Shown here in pieces: positions 54,406-64,000 of a DNA stretch of 64,000 bases. The stretch's first letter is position 1. Each line of letters opens with the position of its first letter. A program made the position numbers and the translations under genes. A model generated the notes under the pieces. That model did not search any database and was not told the DNA's origin. It saw only the letters and a program-made list of their open reading frames with translations. The DNA is from Octopus vulgaris (taxonomy: Eukaryota): positions 23,932,001 to 23,996,000 of the forward strand of contig OX597829.1 of the NCBI GenBank assembly GCA_951406725.2, in the 5' to 3' direction.

Positions 54406-55782
54406 GTGAGTAAGAATTTAATCATGGAATCTATATAATTCCTCCTTTTCTCTCCATAATCTTCATATCCTTCCACTGTTGTGTCTTCTGTCAATAATAA
54501 CATTGTAGGTAGCATCAGCACTGCTTCTCTCGTTGATATTTGTTGTATCAGATTCATATGTGTTTCCCTGAAGACATAGGTTTGACAGATCTGTGATTTT
54601 TTTTCCCTCTTTCCTTATAAATTTATTCATGTGGTTTCTTAAGTGATGTGATTCTTTTCGGAATGACATTGTAGGGTAGGTGTAAGAGGCCTGATCTGGT
54701 CAGTTTGAACATAGAACAGGTAAAATATGTGGTTTCTCAATTCTGACAATGAAATCATCCAAATTTACCAAGTTTTAAGTCATACTAACAACTGAATTCT
54801 GAGTGCCATCTGGTGAAGTACTTAGGACATCATACTTGACTAATCCGGTATGGGTTCAACTTTGATTATCATCATGTAGTGTAGCTAGGGCAATATGACC
54901 CAATGGAGCCCATCTGTCTCTGGGCCTGACCACAGCTGACTTCCTCCAACTAGGTAGCTTGCCCTGGTCAGGAGACTTTGTGAATATCATACAGAGATTG
55001 TGTCACAAATGGGGAAGTGAAAAGAAGAATAAGGCAGGTAATAGGGCTCTATGAGGAACTTTTTAACATGGTTTAAGAAACACAAACCTCAGGTGGTTGG
55101 GGAATATCACCCACTCATTAGTGATAACCAAAACAATCCTTCAGGGAACAATCAAAGGTGGCAGACAGAGAAAGAGATGGGAAAATATCTGTGAGTGGAC
55201 AGGCCTAAAGATGAGAGATACAGTGCCAGAGGCTGAAAACAGAGGTGGGTAGAGAGATCTGGTCACAAGGTCATCAGTGGTGCCACAACGGTCAGCTAGA
55301 CTTCAGGATATGTAAAAAGTTGACTAATCTGGTACCAGCACATAGCACATCCCTTGCATCACCTTGTTTTTATTCTGTCTATAAGCTTATTCCTATGGAC
55401 TTGTTGTTTCCCACAATTCCATTAATTAAGTAATAAAAAAGAAATACAAAATCTTGTTTCCCATTGTAACATTTGAACTTGGTGCTGAAATGTTTCAGTC
55501 TGTTGTTCATATTAATAATTGTCTTTTAATGAGTTTCAATCAACACTGACAGAAAGAAAGAAAATAAAACTTTAGCTCTTTAGTATTCAAACTAGCCATA
55601 TCAAACCCAAATATTTACCTGTTCTACAGACATTGATGTTTCGTCATTGTTGTGACTTTTCAATGCCATGTCCCAAACAAGGTCTGCTGCAAGCTCTACT
55701 TCCAACTATGACTGAATGCTAAATGGTTAAAAAAAATCATCTGCTGGCATGTTCCAACATTTCATGCTATAGAAAAATTTCA

Positions 55783-55962
55783 AATGTGAATTAGAGGCAC
55801 CTTGAAGTATATAAACAAAATTGAACAGACATACACGAGGTGTGAGTGTTGTTAGTTTGTGGGTTGGCTGCGTTTTAGGTGTAAGAGAATATATTCCCAG
55901 TGTGCCTTGTGCATGTGTATTCAATTTTGCTTATATACTTTGAGCTGCTTACAATTCATGTT
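55783..55962. repeat. Imperfect inverted repeat (~55-bp arms)
   Basis: aagtatataaacaaaattgaacagacatacacgagg / ccttgtgcatgtgtattcaattttgcttatatactt. Confidence 0.75.
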
Positions 55963-55978
55963 GGAATAAATATATATA

Positions 55979-56360
55979 GGCGCAGGAGTGGCTGTGTGGT
56001 AAGTAGCTTGCTTACCAACTACATGGTTCTGGGTTCAGTCCCACTGCGTGGCATCTTGGGCAAGTGTCTTCTGCTATAGCCCCGAGCCGACCAATGCCTT
56101 GTGAGTGGATTTGGTAGATGGAAACTGAAAGAAGCCTGTCGGATATATGTATATATATATATATATGTGTGTGTCTGTGTTTGTCCCCCTAGCATTGCTT
56201 GACAACCGATGCTGGTGTGTTTATGTCCCCGTCACTTAGCGGTTCAGCAAAAAGAGATCGATAGAATAAGTACTGGGCTTACAAAGAATAAGTCCCGGGG
56301 TTGAGTTGCTCGATTAGGCGGTGCTCCAGCATGGCCGCAGTCAAATGACTGAAGCAAGTT
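55979..56360 (+). mobile_element. SINE family A
   Basis: Colinear with 11062-11460. Confidence 0.9.
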
Positions 56361-56383
56361 AAAAAAAAAAAAAAAGAGAATAT

Positions 56384-56420
<37 letters not shown>

Positions 56421-56764
56421 CACAAAGTGAGATAGGGGTTATGAGTGTAACCCACTATGGGATATCAGTTATCCAATATACTGCTGGTGAAGCACCCAAA
56501 TGCCAAATACATAAATGCTTATAATTGCAATGCAATTAATTCATTTATTGTATTAGATGGGCGAAGGTAAAATATTTTACCTCAAATTCATAATACAAAT
56601 AAGAAAATGGAGGAACAGATTCATTTCAATCATTGACTTTCAGATATTACCAATTCTTATTATTTATTAACTAGATAAATAGGAACATCCAAATCCAACA
56701 AAACAAAACAGTATACATCAATATGTAAGATAATAATACCATAAGAATAATACACATAAAATGG

Positions 56765-56892
56765 ATCTTACAGCTGTTTCAGCCTGTAGATAAAGGTATC
56801 TCATTCTGCCTATATTAGTCAGATGTATTGAGGTAATATGCAGTTAAAAATGAGTTACTGATATATATATATCTCAAGGCCTCGTCAGAGAT
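56765..56892 (-). ncRNA. Hammerhead ribozyme motif with ~90-nt helix II loop, in a PLE-type fragment (~56425-57030)
   Basis: atct-CTGACGA-ggcct-(~90 nt)-aggct-GAAA-cagctg-TA-agat. Flanked by inverted repeat 56594-56640 / 56982-57028. Confidence 0.7.
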
Positions 56893-57062
56893 TATAAAGT
56901 ACAATTATAAAAATGCAAATATAAATATGAAACAAAATACACATACACAAGAATATATATATATATATATATATACATCTGTAAGTCGATGATTGAAATG
57001 AATTTGTTCCTCCATTTTCTTATTTGTATATATATATATATGTGTATATATATATATATGTG

Positions 57063-57102
<40 letters not shown>

Positions 57103-57185
57103 GGGAATATTATTCCAAACTTACAGGGAAAAATTCAAAGTAGTAATATTAAATCAAATTTCACAATATATAATATATGTATATA

Positions 57186-57305
57186 TATTAGAGAAGAACC
57201 ACCTTTTATCAATTCAACAATGATTTTTTTTTTCTATATGGTATAATTTAATTATATCATTGTTATTACATTGTTGAATTGATAAAAGGTGGTTCTTCGC
57301 TAATT
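57186..57305. repeat. Inverted repeat, ~35-bp arms
   Basis: gaagaaccaccttttatcaattcaacaatg / cattgttgaattgataaaaggtggttcttc. Confidence 0.85.
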
Positions 57306-57565
57306 TATATATATATATCATCATCATCATCATCATCGTTTAACGTCCGTTTTCCGCGCTAGCACGGGTTGGACGGTTTCGACCGGGGTCTGGGGAGCTC
57401 GGGACTGCCCCAGGCTCCAGTCTAGTCTGGCAGTGTTTCTACAGCTGGATGCCCTTCCTAACGCCAACCACTCCGCGAGTGTAGTGGGTGTTTTTTACGT
57501 GCCACCTGCACAGGTGCCAGAGGGGTCTGGCATCGGCCACGTTCGGATGGTGCTTTTTATGGGGG

Positions 57566-58813
57566 GGGGGGTGCAGAAATATAGGGGAGCACCAGTGGGA
57601 GGGATGGTTCAGAGGACAGGTACTAGGCAAGTAGAACGTAGGATATCGAGAGAGGGGTAATGCATGGTGAAATAGCGTATTGAAGAGGGGGTTCAAAGAG
57701 TAGACACCTATAATGGTGGTGGGGGGTGCAGAAATATAGGGGAGCACCAGTGGGAGGGGTGGTTCAGAGGACAGGTTCTAGGCAAGTAGAACGTAGGATA
57801 TCGAGAGAGGGGTAATGCATGGTGAAATAGCGTATTGAAGAGGGGGGTTCAAAGAGTAGACACCTATAATGGTGGTGGGGGGTGCAGAAATATAGGGGAG
57901 CACCAGTGGGAGGGGTGGTTCAGAGGACAGGTTCTAGGCAAGTAGAACGTAGGATATCGAGAGAGGGGTAATGCATGGTGAAATAGCGTATTGAAGAGGG
58001 GGGTTCAAAGAGTAGACACCTATAATGGTGGTGGGGGGTGCAGAAATATAGGGGAGCACCAGTGGGAGGGGTGGTTCAGAGGACAGGTTCTAGGCAAGTA
58101 GAACGTAGGATATCGAGAGAGGGGTAATGCATGGTGAAATAGCGTATTGAAGAGGGGGGTTCAAAGAGTAGACGCCTATAATGGTGGTGGGGGGTGCAGA
58201 AATATAGGGGAGCACCAGTGGGAGGGGTGGTTCAGAGGACAGGTTCTAGGCAAGTAGAACGTAGGATATCGAGAGAGGGGTAATGCATGGTGAAATAGCG
58301 TATTGAAGAGGGGGGTTCAAAGAGTAGACACCTATAATGGTGGTGGGGGGTGCAGAAATATAGGGAAGCACCAGTGGGAGGGGTGGTTCAGAGGACAGGT
58401 TCTAGGCAAGTAGAACGTAGGATATCGAGAGAGGGGTAATGCATGGTGAAATAGCGTATTGAAGAGGGGGGTTCAAAGAGTAGACACCTATAATGGTGGT
58501 GGGGGGTGCAGAAATATAGGGGAGCACCAGTGGGAGGGGTGGTTCAGAGGACAGGTTCTAGGCAAGTAGAACGTAGGATATCGAGAGAGGGGTAATGCAT
58601 GGTGAAATAGCGTATTGAAGAGGGGGTTCAAAGAGTAGACACCTATAATGGTGGTGGGGGGTGCAGAAATATAGGGGAGCACCAGTGGGAGGGGTGGTTC
58701 AGAGGACAGGTTCTAGGCAAGTAGAACGTAGGATATCGAGAGAGGGGTAATGCATGATGAAATAGCGTATTGAAGAGGGGGTTCAAAGAGTAGACACCTA
58801 TAATGGTGGTGGG
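57566..58813. repeat. Tandem array of 8 x 155-156 bp G-rich units
   Basis: Unit marker gtgcagaaat at 57571, 57726, 57882, 58038, 58194, 58350, 58506 and 58661. Copies are nearly identical. Confidence 0.97.
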
Positions 58814-59765
58814 AGAAACGACATCCGGTATAGTTAGAGCAAAATAGAGATATCCGGTATTGGTGGTGGGGGTGGGTAGGGCGGGCGCGCCGCGAAGAAT
58901 CGGCAGCCAATTTCTAATCAGCCCTGTAAGGGAGATAGATCTTAAATATCTATAACGATAACTAGTGAATTATACAGAATATGCAAAAACGAGGCGAGGC
59001 TGAAATAGTAAACAGAGTGGCGACTAGGGGGATCAGAATAATAATAATTAATAAATAATAATAATAAATAGAGATACGGATGAATTAAAGTTCAAAGATT
59101 TCTTATCTTGGGATCACTTCGTTTACGGACAGACTTGTCAAAAGGAATTCGGAATATATATATAAAGGAACAAACTGAGGAAAAAAAATCCTTCAAAGGG
59201 GTGTTTTGAACATTCAATCTAGCTGTCCTTTCACATGGAATTTCGTCTATAACCATGACCCTGAAGTGACTTTATATATAAAGGAACTGTATGTATATCA
59301 AAAAAAATATGTCAAAACATATTGCTGGCCTTTTATGGTTTAAAAAAATATTTTTCTGTTATATTATATTACGTTATGTTATTTTCATAGTATATCATGT
59401 AATATTATAATATAAATAAATTATTGGATTGTCAATAGTCTCTCTCTCTCCCCCCCTCTCTTTCAATATATATATAAATGTGTACATACTCAAGATGACC
59501 CATCCTCCACAGAAGTGTTAATGTCACTCCCTCTGCTGAAGAGGATTGGCCTGCAAGAACTCCACAGAAAAAAGCACCCATGCTGGTACCCTATAAAAAG
59601 CACCCGAGCTGGTACCACATAAAAAACACCTGTGCTGGTACCAAATGAAATACAACCAGCACACTGTAAAGTAGTTGGTGTTAAAGAGGTCAAATCAAAC
59701 TAAAACCTGGTGCAGTTCTTGCCAAACCATCCAACCCATGCCAGCATGGAAAACAGATGTTAAAG

Positions 59766-60043
59766 CAGTGGTTCCCAAAGCGGGCAGTACTGCTCCCTCC
59801 CCTCTAGGGCCATGGAAAGATACGTGGGGGGGGGGCATTGAAGAAAAATGGGGTGATAAGAGGTAACCAAAACAGGGTAATGGATGTAAGAAAACAAAAA
59901 ACAAAATGAAGGGTTAATTAGTTAAGATTTATTTGTGAAATACTGTTGTTTTGAATTTGTTACAGAAAATTGTCTGTGATGTTGAAGGGGGGGGGGAGCA
60001 CTGGGAATATGGTCTTAGAACTGAAAATATTTGGGAACCACTG
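59766..60043. mobile_element. hAT MITE (278 bp) inserted in the tail of a family C SINE
   Basis: Perfect 14-bp TIR cagtggttcccaaa / tttgggaaccactg. TSD tgttaaag / tgttaatg. The (gat)n tail resumes after the insertion. Confidence 0.85.
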
Positions 60044-60409
60044 TGTTAATGGATGATGATAGTGATGATGAGTGTGTGTGAGAGAGTATCTATATTTGTG
60101 GACATGGTTGGAAGTAGGAAAGTGTAGAGAATATCAATAATGAGTCACCTGGGTGGGCAGAATGCCAACTAAACATGTAGAAGTATGGAGGAGGTTGCTG
60201 GTGCCATGAGAAAGTGCATGCAGTACAAGCAGTTGGTGTCAGGGGAAGGGGGCATCCAGCCAAAGATACTAAAGCAAAAATGAAACTCACAAGCAATACA
60301 TGATCTTCCAATCCATTTTGGTGGCAGTAGTTCCAAAATACTTTGGATACTGCCTTCAACTTTGGTGTCCTGTCTAACACTTAACCACCATAGAAAACAC
60401 ATGTAAAAC

Positions 60410-60643
60410 AATGGCGGTGAGCTGGCAGAGACGTTAGCGCACCGGGCAAAATGCTTAGCAGTATTTCATCTGCCATTACACTCTGAGTTCAAATTCCGCC
60501 AAGGTCAACTTTGCCTTTCATCCTTTCAGGGTCGAAAAATTAAGTACCAGTTACGTACTGGGTTCTATGTAATCAACTTAATCCCTTCATCTGTCCTTGT
60601 TTGTCCCCTCTATGTTTAGCCCCTTGTGGGCAATAAAGAAATA
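60410..60643 (+). mobile_element. SINE family B with 18-bp TSD
   Basis: agaaaacacatgtaaaac at 60392-60409 and 60644-60661. Confidence 0.9.
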
Positions 60644-61087
60644 AGAAAACACATGTAAAACTGGTGATAATATTTATTAGACAGGAATGGGTTCTGCTAA
60701 GTTAATTAATCTTAACTACTTAGCTCCTTTTCTTCTTGTCTTTTAATAAAACCAAAAATGGTTTTTTTTTTTTTTTTAATAATTACTATTTCTACTCATT
60801 AAGAGGTCACATTCCTGGTACTATAGAAATGTGATTTGTTTGTTGCAGGAAAAAACTGCAAGAGGGATTCTTCAAGCTGAGCTATCCAGCTGAAAATCTA
60901 GGGGTAGGTCAAAAACTGAGATGGTTGGATAGTATCCATAACCCTAGCTGATTGTGCTTGGGAATCCACTCAGAAAGTGTAATGGTAGTTGCTTCTGATG
61001 AAGATCTAAGGAGGAAGTGCTTGAGGACTTTCACCCATAACCCACTCACCGCCACCCTTGGAATATTGGATGGAGAAGATGGATGGG

Positions 61088-61489
61088 TTACTCTTACTTT
61101 TTTACTTGTTTCAGTCATTTGACTGTGGCCATGCTGGAGCACTGCCTTTAGTTGAGCAAATCGACCCCGGGACTTATTCTTTGTAAGCCTAGTACTTATT
61201 CTGTCGGTCTCTTTAGCCAAACCGCTAAGTTATAGGGGACATAAACACACTAGCATCAGTTGTCAAGTGATGTTGGAGGGGACAAATACAGACACACAAG
61301 CATATACACACACATATATATATACATGACGGGCTGCTTTCAGTTTCCGTCTACCAAATCAACTCACAAGGGTTTAGTCAGCCTGAGGCTATAGTAGAAG
61401 ATACTTGCCCAAGGTGCCACGTAGTAGGACTGAACCCGAAACCATGTGGTTGGTAAGCAAGCTATTTACCACACAGCTACTCCTGCACC
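61088..61489 (-). mobile_element. SINE family A, ~115 bp upstream of exon C
   Basis: Reverse complement of 11062-11460. Confidence 0.9.
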
Positions 61490-61604
61490 TATTTGTTACT
61501 ATTATTGTTATAGTAAAATTTTTTAATTACAATTATTATTACTATATTTTCTCTCCTAATCTCTATCTGTATCACTGTATAATTACTACTGAATTCATCT
61601 ACAG

Positions 61605-62334
61605 GTTAAAATTGAAGAGTGCCAGCGTAATGAAGATGATATTATTCCAGAGAACAAAGAAAAGGAACTTAATCTATCAGAAAATGGCAAGGAAGCTGAG
61701 ACTGTGGAAAAAATTGACGTTGAGTGTGAGAGCAGTGTAAAAGTTTCTGCTACCAAAGAGGTGAATAAAATAGCAGAAAATAGAGTGGAAAGAAGGGCCA
61801 GTTCCACAGAAAAATCTACCAAAAATGCAGCAAATAAAGTGAAAGCAACTCGGACAAGGGACTTGTTAAGTAGATCTGCTGAACGAAAAGCTGATTCACC
61901 AAAACCAGCTGCAGTACCTGAGGCACCAAGAATAAAAAGGGAAAGACCTAAGAGCAAATGGGATAAAATCATGAATAAAATAGAAAATAACAAAGAAAGC
62001 ATAAAGCTGAAAACCAAATCTGATGTGAAAAGTACAATTGGATCGTATGTGCAACAAAAGCCAACGGTCATTAAGGAACCGAAACCTGTGAAAGAAATAC
62101 CCAAAGTTACACATATTCCTCAGCCTGACTATAGTAAAGTAAAAAGCAAACTGTTTTCTGCCACTGCAAGTACGTCTACCAAACAGAAAATATCTTTAAA
62201 AGCAACTAACAAAGTGACAAATAATTTGAAGACTAGACGAGATTCCACTAAATCTGTTGCTAGCAGCACTTCGACCCTAGAGTGTTCTAGTGACCATCAG
62301 TCCGAAGACAAAGTAAAGAAAGAAAAAGAAAAAG
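61605..62334 (+). CDS. Large internal coding exon C (730 nt), K/E/S-rich and probably disordered; gene continues beyond the window
   Basis: Acceptor ttcatctacag, donor AAAG|gtatga. 243 open codons VKIEECQRNEDD...KVKKEKEK, in frame with ORF 61704-62579, whose tail runs into T-rich intron. Non-repetitive coding-like composition. Confidence 0.9.
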
Positions 62335-62904
62335 GTATGAACTTTTCTTTTTGCTCTTCTTTTACTTCACCTCTAATCAACTTTGCCTGTATTAATAATT
62401 TTTTTTTATTTTTTTTATTTTTTGTTTTTTTTAATAATGTAAGTGTAGAAAATAAGTTGCATTTGGTCTTTTTTAGTATTTTCTTTAATCCCTTTCTCCA
62501 TGTTCCAATATCACCAGATCTCCTTTGTTCCATACTAAATAAGTGTAATATAAGCAAAGGTTGGGGTAATTGTAATTAATAAAATTCCACTTCCTTGAAA
62601 GATATTGTCCTTATACTAAATTGAAACTAATCGTTATAACAGACATATACAGCATCTTGCGTACAGAAAGCAATTAAGCTCCTGGATGAATTCATCTTAG
62701 TTTCAACTCTTGGTAGGAGCTTTTTCTCTTCCCTAACATCAAGCCACTTAAGAAAACGCATTGTCTCAGCCTCCTCATTTTGTGAGACAATAGTTGCAGC
62801 CCATTTTGAATCTGTCTCTGATTTCCTTAGACAGGCTTTGAACCAAAGGCTGACATGAGACAATAACAAGGTAGAAAATTATAATATAAATTTTTATTAG
62901 CCTA

Positions 62905-63225
62905 ATAATAATAATAATAATAATAATAAAACATTGTGTGCACTACAACTCATCTAAAGTGTATGTATAGTACATAGGGTAATGTACAAGCGTCAGGAAA
63001 AGAACAGTGCATGAATCATGACATACACATATGTGTATGAGTATGGAAGGGGGACAATCAGGTGTAGTTTTGGCGGATTTCGGAAAGCATGAGGGCCTTA
63101 AAGGATGCAGTGTCATGGCAGTCAACAACTGACGCAGGCAGTTTGTTCCACGCTTCAGCAACTCTGAGCGTGAAAAAATGTTTCCGAAAGTCATGGGAGC
63201 TGTGCTGTTTTCTGACTTTGTAAAG
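62905..63225 (-). mobile_element. CR1-like LINE 3' end
   Basis: HDFRKHFFTLRVAEAWNKLPASVVDCHDTASFK (R..FF..RV...WN.LP..VV motif), then 3' UTR and (TTA)n tail. Confidence 0.85.
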
Positions 63226-64000
63226 AGTCAAAAGTATCATTAGTATTTAAAACATGTCTCTTTATTAGTTGGGGGGGGGGGGGTCATACCACACCTCTTT
63301 ATTAGTCAAATGAAAGAAGTTATTTGTAGTTACACTGCCTACACCACCAATCTATTATCTTCAGGATCTCTGAGATAAGAAAATGGTAATAACTGCAAAA
63401 ATAGTGTGATGAAATATTCAATTTAAGCTTTTGTTAATGAATGTTTTAGATGTAAGGGAAATAGGATTGAAGAAAACATCAGCATCTCAAAGGATTGCAT
63501 GAAAGATTTATGAGCCAATGAGGGTGCTTCTGTGCAGTTTCTCCACCTGCTAGACATAGAAGTTAAATTTCCGTCAGATATACAGAGTCTTAAGAATAAA
63601 GGGTTCAATGAACACTCTTGTCTTAGATACACTATTCCTGAACGTCAGGTGGTGATCATAGCTCTTCATTCTCAGTTTGATTAATGAGGGCAAATCTGGA
63701 TCTAAGCAACAACATCAAAACAGTTTGTCAGTCATTCCTGCTGCAGCAGTCTTCTGGAATTAAAATAGCAAAATGTGTAACTCAAATCCTAAGCAGCCAT
63801 GGGTAATGACCTATAGTTATTCATCATCATTATCATCATCATTTAATGTCTGTTGTCCACGTTGACATGGGCTGAATAGTATGACCAGAGCTGGCAAGCT
63901 GGTGGGTTTTACATCAGACTCCAGTTTGATTTGACATGGTTTCTATGGCTGGATGCCCTTCCTAATGCCAACCACTTTACAAAGTGTGCTGGGTACTCCT

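Noticed and set aside
57566-58813. CRISPR-like or retrozyme array
   Set aside because: Units are contiguous near-identical 156-mers with no unique spacers, no cas genes and no hammerhead core that I could find on either strand.
59195-59270. Minus-strand VMVIDEIP resembling a Pif1/Helitron helicase motif II
   Set aside because: A single short motif with no neighbouring helicase motifs.
61595-62104. 169-aa hydrophobic ORF on the minus strand
   Set aside because: Antisense shadow of the K/E-rich exon C.
62335-62579. C-terminal extension of ORF 61704-62579 as a transmembrane tail
   Set aside because: It follows a strong donor (AAG|gtatga) and is T-rich intron read-through.

Overview
AT-rich, repeat-dense eukaryotic DNA. 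The SINE repertoire (tRNA-headed families with (GAT)n, (TTA)n and GTAAAAGA tails) and dense microsatellites point to an octopus (coleoid cephalopod) genome; that is my recognition, not a database result. The window lies inside one + strand protein-coding gene. Three internal exons (8917-8974, 54351-54405, 61605-62334) have canonical AG/GT ends and splice in frame across introns of about 45 kb and 7 kb. They encode a charged, low-complexity K/E/S-rich segment with two motifs resembling tau/MAP2 repeats. The introns hold dozens of SINEs, relics of RTE and CR1 LINEs, four Tc1/mariner relics (one near full-length and Hsmar1-like), three hAT MITEs with 8-bp TSDs, a piggyBac-like TTAA MITE, long fold-back hairpins and an 8 x 156 bp tandem array. 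The most notable signal is a recurring set of Penelope-like (PLE) fragments carrying minimal hammerhead ribozyme motifs with very variable helix II inserts. Candidate alternative first exons also sit in the large intron. Almost all ORFs in the supplied track are repeat artefacts. Repeat coordinates were read by eye and may be off by a few bases.
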